Counted from the first letter of the stretch, positions 11,250 through 27,500 are shown. The stretch: DNA of 52,202 nt from Eledone cirrhosa (GCA_964016885.1 CAXHJY010000186.1:1-52202), one strand, 5' to 3'. The notes: generated by a model not told the origin, from the sequence alone. Numbers and translations are program-made.

Positions 11250-11256
<7 letters not shown>
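10568..11256. repeat. 132-bp direct repeats (10568-10699 and 11125-11256) around a 425-bp unique core
   Basis: TACGTCTTTTATATTATTG...AAATTATCTATAT occurs twice. The only difference I see is GGCATGAGCG versus GGCATTGGCG. (TA)n runs flank both sides. Confidence 0.93.
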
Positions 11257-11287
<31 letters not shown>

Positions 11288-11373
11288 GTAGGAGGTGAGT
11301 TTTATTGTAGTACAATAAAGCAATGCAGATATCGGATAAGAAGCACTCTACAGTTTGTAGGACTGGAGTATAC

Positions 11374-12575
11374 ATAATATATAAGATCAAAAGATGGTTA
11401 AATGAGTTCCATGTATTTTATTATGCGCATTTCAAAAACAAATATCATCATGCAATAACATTTGTATTTTCATCAGATAAAATAGGACATGATATGAAGG
11501 TTAAAAACACTTGTGGATAGTGCAGTTTTAAATCAACATATGGAAAGTAGTTTTAGATTGATGTGTGATATTGGGGAAAATTTTTTTTTGAGGGGGGGGG
11601 GGTTGGAAAGGATGAAAAAGAGGAGGAGATGAGAGTAAAAAGTGGAGGGGGAGGAGTATAATGAGGAAGGATGAGATAGGAGGAGAGATGGCTGATAGAG
11701 AGAGAGAGATAGCTTTTATAACTGAGAAAAATATATTGTTTTACATAGAGAGGTTGAAAAACCGTTGGAAGATAATGTATAAATTAAACGAATTTGAAAA
11801 TTAACGAAGAGAAAAATAACGAAGAGAAGAATAATATTTAAGGGTTTAATAATATGTGCGATGGAAAGAAAATGTTAATATGTATTAAGAATAATTTTAA
11901 GGGTTTAATAATATGTGCGATGGAAAGAAAATGTTGATATGTATTATTAAAAAAAAATGCTCATCTCACAATATATCCTTACTTACATTACTTCTGTTTT
12001 TTTAATAATACATATCAACATTTTCTTTCCATCGCACATATTATTAAACCCTTAAATATTATTCTTAATACATATTAACAATTTATTTTCATCGCACATA
12101 TTATTAAACCCTTCAATATACAAACCTTAACTTTACATTATTTTTCTCTTCGTTAATTTTCAAATTCTTTTAATTTATACATTATCTTCCAACGGTTTTT
12201 CAACCTCTCTATGTAAAACAATATATTTTTCTCAGTTATAAAAGCTATCTCTCTCTCTCTCTCTATCAGCCATCTCTCCTCCTATCTCATCCTTCCTCAT
12301 TATACTCCTCCCCCTCCACTTTTTACTCTCATCTCCTCCTCCTTTTCACCCCCCCCCCCAAAAAAAAATTTTCCCCAATATCACACAACAATCTAAAACT
12401 ACTTTTCATATGTTGATTTAAAACTGCACTATCCACAAGTGTTTTTAACCTTCATATCATGTCCTATTTTATCTGATGAAAACACAAATGTTACTGCATG
12501 ATGATATTTGTTTTTGAAATGCGCATAATAAAATACATGGAACTCATTTAACCATCTTTTGATCTTATATATTAT
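11374..12575. repeat. ~1.2-kb fold-back inverted repeat (arms ~580 bp, spacer ~39 bp)
   Basis: 11374-11957 is the reverse complement of 11997-12575 apart from scattered substitutions and indels. The same peptide YKIKRWLNEFHVFYY...KNTCG appears on both strands of the ORF track. Confidence 0.95.
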
Positions 12576-12716
12576 ATATATATATATATGTATGTATGTA
12601 TACATATATATATACTTATATATACATATATATATATATTTATGGTTAAGGACACACACATATATATATGTGCGTGTGTGTGTGTGTGTGTGTTTATATA
12701 CACACATACACACACA
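12576..12716. repeat. Compound TA/TG/CA microsatellite
   Basis: Read directly. Confidence 0.9.
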
Positions 12717-13159
12717 TTTAAACCATACAATGTATAAACAAGAAACAAATATCCTAAAATAAAAGTGAAAGTAGAAGTAATCAGTACATCGTATTGTTAT
12801 TGTTGATGTTTGTGTGTCAATATTGTCGTTGTTGTTGATCATTTTATATTGTTGTTCCTTTTATGTTGTTGATGTTATTTTCCTGTTATTGATGTTGTTT
12901 TCCAGCAAGTGTTTATTTTCAGCAAGAATACTTCTCTATAAGATTGTTTTCCACACTGCTTTCAAGAAAACCACGACAAAAGCCTTTCACACTCTCTTCC
13001 TACCACATCAACCAAGCCCCACACATATACACCTATATCGAAAAACCTAGCTTTACCTCCCGCCCCACCATCATCTGCCTCTGATCCGCACTATGCAATG
13101 GCGCCACTCACAACATCTTCACCTTCTGTCCTCTATGAGACACAGTAACATTATAAACA

Positions 13160-13705
13160 TCCCCTTCACCCACCACTGTCATTACCACCACAGATGTCAC
13201 CATCAACGTCAACATCATCATCACATATCACACCGCCACCACTAATATTATCCCCGCCGTCACTATCACTGTCAAGTCCTCTGTAGTCAACATAAACGCT
13301 AACACCACCACCACCACCACCACCACCACCACCACCACCATCACCACCACTTACATCATTATCATGTACGCCATCACAATCACACCATCTTCAAAACCTC
13401 CCCCACTATTACCACTAGCTCACTCTCCACCATCACTGCACAAACACACCACCACCACCAATTTCTCCACCACCACCACCGCCACCACCGTCAATCCCAT
13501 CGCCACTATGAACATTACCTCTATCATATCCCCAAACACACCACTCTTATGACGACCGCCATCATCATCACCACCACCACCACCATTAGATTAGTATCAT
13601 CTCCATACCCACCACCACTGTGTCAGCCCCACCCTCACCCTAACTACCCCACTTCCACACCCTACCACCACCAACAACACCACTACCACCACTATAGCTG
13701 CCACC
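13160..13705. repeat. Degenerate (CAC/CAT)n low-complexity region with a near-pure (CAC)n run at ~13303-13350
   Basis: Read directly. Confidence 0.85.
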
Positions 13706-13804
13706 ACGTCTTTATCGGACCGTCTAATCAGCTAAAAGGCCGATAATTTCAATCACAAAATGCACTGTTTCTTGTGAGTTTATGCAATTGATTTCTATCC
13801 AAAC

Positions 13805-16800
13805 CCACCACCATTACCTCCACTACAACCACCACTACTACAGTCATAACTATCACCACCACCATTACCACTACTACAACCAATACTACTACAGCCATAA
13901 CTATCACCACCATTACCTCCACTACAACCAACACTACTACAGCCATAACTATCACCACCACCATTACCACTACTACAACCAATACTACTACAACCATAAC
14001 TATCACCACCACCATTACCTCCACTACAACCACCACTACTACAGTCATAACTATCACCACCACCATTACCACTACTACAACCAATACTACTACAGCCATA
14101 ACTATCACCACCATTACCTCCACTACAACCAACACTACTACAGCCATAATTATCACCACCACCATTACCACTACTACAACCAACACTACTACAGCCATAA
14201 CTATCACCACCACCATTACCACTACTACAAGCACCACTACAACAGCCATAACTATCACCACCACCATTACCACTACTACAACCACCACTACAACAGCCAT
14301 AACTATCACCACCACCATTACCACTACTACAACCAATACTACTACAGCCATAACTATCACCACCATTACCTCCACTACAACCACCATTACTACAGCCATA
14401 ACTATCACCACCACCATTACCACTACAACAACCACAACTACAACAGCCATAACTATCACCACCACCATTACCACCACTACAACCAACACTACAACAGCCA
14501 TAACTATCACCACCACCATTACCACCACTACAACCAACACTACTACAGCCATAACTATCACCACCACCATTACCACCACTACAACCAACACTACAACAGC
14601 CATAACTATCACCACCACCATTACCTCCACTACAACCAACACTACTACAGCCATAACTATCACCACCACCATTACCACTACAACAACCACCACTACAACA
14701 GCCATAACTATCACCACCACCATTACCTCCACTACAACCAACACTACTACAGCCATAACTATCACCACCACCATTACCACTACTACAACCACCACTACAA
14801 CAGTCATAACTATCACCACCACCATTACCACTACTACAACCACCACCACTACTAAAGCCATAACTATCACCACCACCATTACCACTACTGCAACCACCAC
14901 TACAACAGCCATAACTATCACCACCACCATTACTACTACTGCAACCTACACTACTACAGACATAACTATCACCAACACCATTATCACTACTACAGCCATA
15001 ACTATCACTACCACCATTACCACAACTGCAACCACCACTACAACAGCCATAACTATCACCACCACCATTACCACTACTACAACCAACACTACTACAGCCA
15101 TAACTATCACCACCACCATTACCACTACTACAACCAACACTACAACAGCCATAACTATCACCACCAACATTACCACTACTACAGCCAATACTACTACAGC
15201 CATAACTATCACCACCACCATTACCACTACTACAACCAACACTACTACAGCCATAACTATCACCACCACCATTACCACTACTACAACCAACACTACTACA
15301 GCCATAACTATCACCACCAACATTACCACTACTACAGCCAACACCACTACAGCCATAACTATCACCACCACCATTACCACTACTACAACCAATACTACTA
15401 CAGCCATAACTATCACCACCACCATTACCACTACTGCAACCAACACTACTACAGCCATAACTATCACCACCACCATTACCACTACTACAACCAATACTAC
15501 TACAAACATAACTATCACCACCACCATTACTACTACAACAAACATTACTACAGCCATAACTATCGCCACTACCATTACTACTACTACTACAGCCAACACT
15601 ACTACAGACATAACTATCACCACCACCATTACCACTACTACAACCAACATTACTACAGCCATAACTATCGCCACCACCATTACCTCTACTACAGCCATAA
15701 CTATCACCACCACCATTACCACTACTGCAACTAACACTACTACAGACATAACTATCACCACTCCATTACCACTACTACAACCAACACTACTACAGCCATA
15801 ACTATCACCAACACCATTACCACTACTACAACCAACACTACTACAGCCATAACTATCACCACCACCATTACCACTACTACAGCCAACACTACTACAGCCA
15901 TAACTATCACCACCACCATTACCACTACAACAACCAACACTACTACAGCCATAACTATCACCACCACCATTACCACTACTACAACTAACACTACTACAGC
16001 CATAACTATCACCACCACCATTACCACTACTACAACCAATACTACTACAGCCATAACTATCGCCACCTTCATTACCACTACTACAACCAACACTACTACA
16101 GCCATAACTATCACCACCACCATTACCACTACTACAACCAACACTACTACAACAATAACTATCACCACCACCATTACCACTACTACAACCAATACTACAG
16201 CCATAACTATCGCCACCGCCATTATTACTACAACTACAGCCAACACTACTACAGCCATAACTATCACCACCACAATTACCACTACTACAACTAACACTAC
16301 TACAGCCATAACTATCACCACCACCATTACCACTACTACAACTAACACTACTACAGCCATAACTATCACCACCACCATTACCACTACTACAACCAACACT
16401 ACTACAGCCATAACTATCACCACCACCATTACCACTACTACAGCCAACACTAGTACAGCCATAACTATCACCACCACCATTACTACTACAACCACCTCTA
16501 CTACAGCCATAACTATCGCCACCACCATTATTACTTCTACTACAGCCAACACTACTACAGCCATAACTATCACCACCACCATTACCACTACTACAGCCAT
16601 AACTATCACCACCACCATTACCACTACAACAACCAACACTACTACAGCCATAACTATCACCACCACCATTACCACTACTACAACTAACACTACTACAGCC
16701 ATAACTATCACCACCACCATTACCACTACTACAACCAATACTACTACAGCCATAACTATCGCCACCTTCATTACCACTACTACAACCAACACTACTACAG

Positions 16801-19800
16801 CCATAACTATCGCCACCACCATTACCACTACTACAACCAACACTACTACAGCCATAACTATCGCCACCACCATTATTACTACTACAGCCAACACTACTAC
16901 AGCCATAACTATCGCCACCACCATTACTACTACAACAACCACTACTACAGCCATAACTATCGCCACCACCCTTACCACTACTACAAGCAACCTTACTACA
17001 GTCATAACTATCACCACCACCATTACCACTACTACAACCAACACTACTACAGCCATAACTATCACCACCACCATTACCACTACTACAACCAATACTACTA
17101 CAACCATAACTATCACCACCACCATTACCCCTAATACAACCAACACTACTACAGCCATAACTATCACCACCACCATTACCACTACTACAACCAATAATAC
17201 TTCAACCATAACTATCACCACCACCATTACCACTACTACAACCAATACTACAGCCATAACTATCGCCACCGCCATTATTACTACAACTACAGCCAACACT
17301 ACTACAGCCATAACTATCACCACCACCATTACCACTACTACAAACAACACTACTACAGCCATAACTATCACCACCACCATTACGACTGCTACAACCAATA
17401 CTACTACAACCATAACTATCACCACCACCATTACCACTACTACAACCAACACTACTACAGCCATAACTATCACCACCACCATTACCACTACTACAGCCAA
17501 CACTAGTACAGCCATAACTATCACCACCACCATTACTACTACAACCACCACTACTACAGCCATAACTATCGCCACCACCATTATTACTTCTACTACAGCC
17601 AACACAACTACAGCCATAACTATCACCACCACCATTACCACTACTACAGCCATAACTATCACCACCACTATTACGAATGCTACAACCAACACTACTACAG
17701 CCATAACTATCAGACCCACAATTACCAACTACTACAACCAACACTACTACAGCCATAACTATCACCACCACCATTACCACTACTACAGCCAACACTACTA
17801 CAGCCATAACTATCACCACCACCATTACCACTACTACAACCAATACTACAGCCATAACTATCACCACCACCATTACTACTACAACAACCACTACTACAGC
17901 CATAACTATCGCCACCACCATTACCACTACTACAACCAACACTACTACAGCCATAACTATCGCCACCACCATTATTACTACTACAGCCAACACTACTACA
18001 GCCATAACTATCGCCATCACCCTTACCACTACTACAAGCAACCTTACTACAGTCATAACTATCACCACCACCATTACCACTACTACAACCAACACTACTA
18101 CAGCCATAACTATCACCACCACCATTACCACTACTACAACCAATACTACTACAACCATAACTATCACCACCACCATTACCACTAATACAACCAACACTAC
18201 TACAGCCATAACTATCACCACCACCATTACCACTACTACAACCAATAATACTACAACCATAACTATCACCACCACCATTACCACTACTACAGCCAACACT
18301 ACTACAGCCATAACTATCACCACCACCATTACCACTACTACAGCCAACACTACTACAGCCATAACTATCACCACCACCATTACCACTACTACAACTAACA
18401 CTACAACGGCCATAACTATCACCACCACCATTACCACTACTACAACCAACACTACTACAGCCATAACTATCACCACCACCATTACCACTACTACAGCCAA
18501 CACTACTACAGCCATAACTATCACCACCACCATTACCACTACTACAACCAACACTACTACAGCCATAACTATCAGACCCACAATTACCAACTACTACAAC
18601 CAACACTACTACAGCCATAACTATCACCACCACCATTACCACTACTACAACCAACACTACTACAGCCATAACTATCACCACCACCATTACCACTACTACA
18701 ACCAATACTACAGCCATAACTATCGCCACCACCATTACTACTACAACAACCACTACTACAGCCATAACTATCGCCACCACCATTACCACTACTACAACCA
18801 ACACTACTACAGCCATAACTATTGCCACCACCATTATTACTACTACAGCCAACACTACTACAGCCATAACTATCGCCACCACTATTACTACTACAACAAC
18901 CACTACTACAGCCATAACTATCGCCACCACCCTTACCACTACTACAAGCAACCTTACTACAGTCATAACTATCACCACCACCATTACCACTACTACAACC
19001 AACACTACTACAGCCATAACTATCACCACCACCATTACCACTACTACAGCCAACACTACTACAGCCATAACTATCACCACCACCATTACCACTACTACAA
19101 CTAACACTACTACGGCCATAACTATCACCACCACCATTACCACTACTACAGCCAACACTACTACAGCCATAACTATCACCACCACCATTACCACTAATAC
19201 AACCAACACTACTACAGCCATAACTATTACCACCACCATTACCACTACTACAGCCAACACTACTACAGCCATAACTATCACCACCACCATTACCACTACT
19301 ACAACTAACACTACTACGGCCATAACGATCACCACCACCATTACCACTACTACAACCAACACTACTACAGCCATAACTATCACCACCACCATTTCCACTA
19401 CTACAGCCAACACTACTACAGCCATAACTATCACCACCACCATTACCACTAATACAACCAACACTACTACAGCCATAACTATTACCACCACCATTACCAC
19501 TACTACAGCCAACACTACTACAGCCATAACTATCACCACCACCATTACCACTACTACAACCAACACTACTACGGCCATAACTATCACCACCACCATTACC
19601 ACTACTACAACCAACACTACTACAGCCATAACTATAACCACCACCATTACCACTACTACAGCCAACACTACTACAGCCATAACTATCACCATCACCATTA
19701 CCACTACTACAACCAATACTACTACAACCATAACTATCACCACCACCATTACCACTACTACAACCAATACTACTACAACCATAACTATCACCACCACCAT

Positions 19801-20240
19801 TACCACTACTACAACCAATACTACTACAACCATAACTATCACCACCACCATTACCACTACTACAACCAATACTACTACAACCATAACTATCACCACCACC
19901 ATTACCACTACTACAACCAATACTACTACAACCATAACTATCACCACCACCATTACCACTACTACAACCAATACTACTACAACCATAACTATCACCACCA
20001 CCATTACCACTAATACAACGAACACTACTACAGCCACAATTATCACCACCACCATTACCACTACTACAACCAACACTACTACAGCCATAACTATCACCAC
20101 CACCATTACCACTACTACAACCAACACTACTACAGCCATAACTATCACCACCACCATTACCACTACTACAACCAACATTACTACAGCCATAACTATCACC
20201 ACCACCATTACCACTACTACAGCCAACACTACTGCAGCCA
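13805..20240. repeat. Satellite A: 51-bp tandem array, roughly 125 copies
   Basis: Consensus GCCATAACTATCACCACCACCATTACCACTACTACAACCAACACTACTACA, which matches the 17-aa periodicity in the ORF track. Most length variants differ by multiples of 3. Confidence 0.96.
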
Positions 20241-20505
20241 TTGCCATCACTATTACCACTAATACAACCACTACTCCTACAGCCATTACTATTGCCATCA
20301 CCATTACTTCGACTACAACGACCACTACTAAAACCACTTCTATTCCCATCATCATTAACACTATTACAACCACCACTACTACAACCACAACTAATACAAC
20401 CACCACTACTACAAATACCACATCTATAACCATTACCATCACTAACACCATTGCCACTACTAAAAACACCCCACTTCTTCCAACAACATTGCTATTAACA
20501 CTACT

Positions 20506-21410
20506 ACAACCATTACTACTATAACCATTACTACTAGAACTATAACTACTGCAACCATTATTACGACAACTATTACTACTACAAGCATTACTACAATAAC
20601 CATTACTACTATAACCATTACTACTAGAACTATAACTACTGCAACCATTATTACGACAACTATAACTACTACAACCATTACTACTATAACCATTACTACT
20701 ATAACCATTACTACAAGCACTATATCTACTGCAACCATTATTACGACAAATATTATTACTACAAGCATTACTACTATAACCATTACTACTATAACCATTA
20801 CTACTATAACTATAACTACTGCAACCATTATTACGACAACTATAACTACTACAACCATTACTACTATAACCATTACTACTACAACTATTAGTGCTAGAAC
20901 TAGAAATACTACAACTATTACTACTACAACTATTACTACTATAACCTTTACTACTAGAACTATAACTACTACAACTATTACTACTACAACTATTACTACT
21001 ATAACCATTACTACAAGAACTATAACTACTGCAACCATTATTACAACTATATCTACTACAACTATTACTGCTACAACCATTACTACTACAACCATTTCTA
21101 CTATAACCATTACTACTATAACCATTACTACTACAACTAATACTACTACAACCATTACTACTACAACCATTACTACTAGAACTACAACTACTATAACCAT
21201 TACTACTTCAACTATTACTAATACAAGCATTACTACTATAACCATTACTACTAAAACCATTACTACTAGAACTAGAACTACTACAACCATTATTACGACA
21301 ACTATTACTACTACAACCATTACTACTATAACCATTACTACTACAACTATAACTACTACAACCATTACTATTATAACCATTACTACTATAACTATTACTA
21401 CTACAACCAT
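20506..21410. repeat. Satellite B: 15-bp array with a 90-bp higher-order unit
   Basis: Units such as ATAACCATTACTACT, AGAACTATAACTACT and GCAACCATTATTACG. The GCAACC variant recurs at 20551, 20641, 20731 and 20821, then at 21031. Confidence 0.9.
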
Positions 21411-21599
21411 TACCGTTGCTATTATCTCTATTACGACCACCAATATTACAATTATTAACATTGTTATCATCATCAACATTATGGCCATCACCACCAACAA
21501 CAACATTATTACTTCCACCACCACCACCACACAACTACCAACAACAACATCATCACCATCACAATCATTACCACTGCAACCAACAACAACATCACCGCA

Positions 21600-24500
21600 A
21601 TCAACAACAAAACCATATCACCAACACCAGCAACGACAACAACATCATCACCACAACCAACAACAACATCATCACCATCACAATCATTACCACTGCAACC
21701 AACAACAACATCACCACAACCAACAACAAAACCCTATCACCACCACCATCAACAACATCATCACAACAACTAATAACAAAACACTATCACCACCATCATC
21801 AACAACAACATTATCACAACGACCAACAACAAAACCCTATCACCACCACCATCAACAACAACATCATCACTACAACCAACGACAAAACCCTATCACAACC
21901 ACCACCATCAAAAACATCTTCACAACAACCAACAACAAAACCCTATAACCACCACCATCAACAACAACATCATCACCACAACCAACAACAAAACCCTATC
22001 ACCACCACCATCAACAACAACATCATCACAACAACCAACAACAAAACCCTATCACCACCACCATCAACAACAACATCATCACAACAACCAATAACAAAAC
22101 CCTATCACCACCAGCATCAACAACAACATCATCACAACAACCAACAACAAAACCCTATCACCAAGACCATCAACAACAACATCATCACAACCAACAACAA
22201 AACCCTATCACCACCACCATCAACAACAAAATCATCACGACAACCAACAACAAAACCCTATCACCACCACAATCAACAACAACATCATCACATCAACCAA
22301 CAACAAAACCCTATCACCACCACCATCACCAACAACATCATCACAACAAACAACAACAAAACCCTATCACCACCACCATCAACAAAAACATCATCACAAC
22401 AACCAACAACAAAACCCTATCACCATCACCATCAACAACAACATCATCAGCACAACCAACAACAAAGCCCTATCACAACCACCATCAACAACAACATCAT
22501 CACAACAACCAACAACAAAAACCTATCACTACCACCATCAACAACAACATCATCACAACCAACAACAAAACCCTATAACAAACACCATCAACAACAACAT
22601 CATCACAACAACCAACAACAAAACCCTATCACCACCACCATCAACAAAACCATCATCATCACAACCAACAACAAAACCCTATCACCAACACCATCAACAA
22701 CAACATCATCATCACAACCAACAACAAAAACCTATCACCACCACCATCAACAACATCATCACAACCAACAACAAAACCCTATCACCACCACCATCAACAA
22801 CAATATCATCACAACAACCAACAACAAAATACTATCACCTCCACCAACAACAACAACATCATCACAACAACCAACAACAAAACCCTATCACCACCACCAT
22901 CAACAACGACATCATCATCACAACCAACAACAAAACCCTATCACCAACACCATCGACAACAACATCATCACAACAACCAACAACAAAACCCTATCACCAC
23001 CACCATCAACAACAACATCATCACAACAGCCAACAACAAAACACTATCATTACCACCACCAACAACAACATCATCACAACAACCAACAACAAAGCACTAT
23101 CACCACCACCATCAACAACATCTTCATCACAACAACCAACAACAAAACCCTATCACCACCACGACCATCAACAACATCATCACAATAACCAACAACAAAA
23201 CCTTATCACCACCACCATCAACAACAACATCATCACAACAACCAACAACAAAACCCTATCACCACCACGACCATCAACAACATCATCACAATAACCAACA
23301 ACAAAACCCTATCACCACCACCATCAACAACAACATCATCACAACAACCAACAACAGAACCCTACCACCACCACCACCACCATCAACAACATCATCACAA
23401 TAACCAACAACAAAACCCTATCACCACCACCAACATCAACAAAAACATCATCACAACAACCAACAACAAAACCCTATCACCACCACCATCAACAACAACA
23501 TCATCATCACAACCAACAACAAAACCCTATCACAACCACCATCAACAAGATCATCACAACATCCAACAACAAAACCCTATCACCACCACCATCAACAACA
23601 TCATCATCACAACCAACAACAAAACACTAGCACCTCCACCATCAACAACATCATCATCACAACCAACAACAAAACACTATCACCACCACCAATAACAACA
23701 ACATCATCATCACAACCAACAATAAAACCCTATCACAACCACCATCAACAATAACATCTTCACAACAACCAACAACAAAACCCTATCACCACCATCATCA
23801 ACAACATCATCATCACAACCAATAACAAAACCCTATCACCACCAGCATCAACAACAACATCATCACAACAACCAACAACAAAACCCTATCACCAAGACCA
23901 TCAACAACAACATCATCACAACCAACAACAAAACCCTATCACCACCACCATCAACAACAAAATCATCACGACAACCAACAACAAAACCCTATCACCACCA
24001 CCATCAACAACAACATCATCACAACAAACAACAACAAAACCCTATCACCACCACCATCAACAAAAACATCATCACAACAACCAACAACAAAACCCTATCA
24101 CCATCACCATCAACAACAACATCATCAGCACAACCAACAACAAAACCCTATCACAACCACCATCAACAACAACATCATCACAACAACCAACAACAAAACC
24201 CTATCACCAAGACCATCAACAACAACATCATCACAACCAACAACAAAACCCTATCACCACCACCAACAACAACAAAATCATCACGACAACCAACAACAAA
24301 ACCCTATCACCACCACAATCAACAACAACATCATCACATCAACCAACAACAAAACCCTATCACCAGCACCATCACCAACAACATCATCACAACAAACAAC
24401 AACAAAACCCTATCACCACCACCATCAACAAAAACATCATCACAACAACCAACAACAAAATCCTATCACCATCACCATCAACAACAACATCATCAGCACA

Positions 24501-27500
24501 ACCAACAACAAAACCCTATCACAACCACCAGCAACAACAACATCATCACAACAACCAACAACAAAACCCTATCACAACCACCATCAACAAGATCATCACA
24601 ACATCCAACAACAAAACCCTATCACCACCACCATCAACAACATCATCATCACAACCAACAACAAAACACTATCATCTCCACCATCAACAACATCATCAAC
24701 ACAACCAACAACAAAACACTATCACCACCACCAATAACAACAACATCATCATCACAACCAACAATAAAACCCTATCACAACCACCATCACCAACAACATC
24801 TTCACAACAACCAACAACAAAACCCTATCACCACCACCATCAACAACATCATCATCACAACCAATAACAAAACCCTATCACCTCCACCATCAACAACATC
24901 ATCACAACAACCAACAACAAAACACTATCATCACCACCATCAACAATAACATCATCAAAACATCCAACAACAAAACCCTATCACCATCACCATCAACAAC
25001 ATCATCATCACAACAACCAACAATAAAAACCTATCACCACCACCATCAACAACAACATCATCACAACAACCAACAACAAAACCCTATCACCAAGACCATC
25101 AACAACAACATCATCACAACCAACAACAAATGCCTATCACCACCACCAATAACAACATCATCATCACAACCAACAACAAAACCCTATCACCACCACCATC
25201 AACAACAACATCATCACAACAACCAACAACAAATCCCTATCACCACCACCATCAACAACAACATCATCACCACAATCAACAACAAAACCCTATCACCACC
25301 ACCATCAACAACAACATCATCACCACAATCAACAACAAAACCCTATCACCACCACCATCAACAACAACATTATCACCACAATCAACAACAAAACCCTATC
25401 ACCACCACCATCAACAACAACATCATCACCACAATCAACAACAAAACCCTATCACCACCACCATCAACAACAACATCAACACAACAACCAACAACAAAAC
25501 CCTATCACCACCACCATCAACAACAACATCATCACAACAACAAACAACAAAAGACTATCATCACCACCATCAACAACAACATCATCACAACATCCAACAT
25601 CAAAACCCTATCACCACCACCATCAACAACATCATCAACACAACCAACAACAAAACACTATCACCACCACCAATAACAACAACATCATCATCACAACCAA
25701 CAATAAAACCCTATCACAACCACCATCAACAATAACATCTTCACAACAACCAACAACAAAACCCTATCACCACCACCATCAACAACATCATCATCACAAC
25801 CAATAACAAAACCCTATCACCTCCACCATCAACAACATCATCACAACAACCAACAACAAAACACTATCATCACCACCATCAACAATAACATCATCAAAAC
25901 ATCCAACAACAAAACCCTATCACCATCACCATCAACAACATCATCATCACAACAACCAACAATAAAACCCTATCACCACCACCATCAACAACAACATCAT
26001 CACAACAACCAACAACAAAACCCTATCACCAAGACCATCAACAACAACATCATCACAACCAACAACAAAACCCTATCACCACCACCAATAATAACATCAT
26101 CATCACAACCAACAACAAAACCCTATCACCACCACCATCAACAACAACATCATCACAACAACCAACAACAAATCCCTATCACAACCACCATCAACAACAA
26201 CATCATCACCACAATCAACAACAAAACCCTATCACCACCACCATCAACAACAACATCATCACCACAATCAACAACAAAACCCTATCACCACCACCATCAA
26301 CAACAACATCATCACCACAATCAACAACAAAACCCTATCACCACCACCATCAACAACAACATCATCACCACAATCAACAACAAAACCCTATCACCACCAC
26401 CATCAAGAACCATATCAACACAACAACCAACAACAAAACCCTATCACCACCACCATCAACAACAACATCATCACAACAACAAACAACAAAAGACTATCAT
26501 CACCACCATCAACAACAACATCATCACAACAACCAACAACAAAACCCTATCACCACCACCATCAACAACATCATCATCACAACACCCAACAACAAAACCC
26601 TATCACCACCACCATCAACAACAACATAATCACAACAACCAACAACAAAACCCTATCACCACCACCATCAACAACAACATCATCATCACAAACAACAACA
26701 AAACCCTATCACCACCACCATCAACAACAACATCATCATCACAACCAACAACAAAACCCTATCACAACCACCATCAACAACAACATCATCACAACAACCA
26801 ACAATAAAACCTCATCACAACCACCATCAACAACAACATCATCACAACAACCAACAACAAAACCCTATCACAACCACCATCAACAACAACATCATCACAA
26901 CAACCAACAACAAAACCCTATCACCACCACCATCAACAACAACATCATCATCACAACCAACAATAAAACCCTATCACAACCACCATCAACAACAACATCA
27001 TCATCACAACCAACAACAAAACCCTATCACCAGCACCATCAACAACAAAATCATCACAACAACCAACAACAAAACCCTATCACCTCCACCATCAACAACA
27101 AACATCATCACAACCAACAACAAAACCCTAGCACCACCACCATCAACAACAACAACATCATCACAACTAACAACAAAACCCTATCACCACCACCATCAAC
27201 AACATCATCACAACAACCAACAACTAAACCCTATCACCACCACCATCAACAACAACATCATCACAACAACCAACAACAAAACCCTATCACCACCACCATC
27301 AACAACATCATCACCACAATCAACAACAAAACCCTATCACCACCACCATCAACAACACCATCATCACAACAATCAACAACAACATCATCACCACAAACAA
27401 CAACAAAACACTATCATCACCACCATCAACAAAAACATCATCACAACAACCAACAACAAAACACTATCATCACCACCATCAACAACAACATCATCACAAC

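Noticed and set aside
10568-11256. Canonical LTR/TRIM element
   Set aside because: No TG...CA termini, PBS, PPT or distinct TSD; kept only as an unclassified direct-repeat module.
11323-12842. Twin 65-aa and 137-aa ORFs sharing a peptide
   Set aside because: A by-product of the inverted repeat, with no recognisable protein features.
13749-21530. Poly-Val minus-strand ORFs as membrane proteins
   Set aside because: They are the antisense reading of CAC/TAC/AAC triplet repeats.
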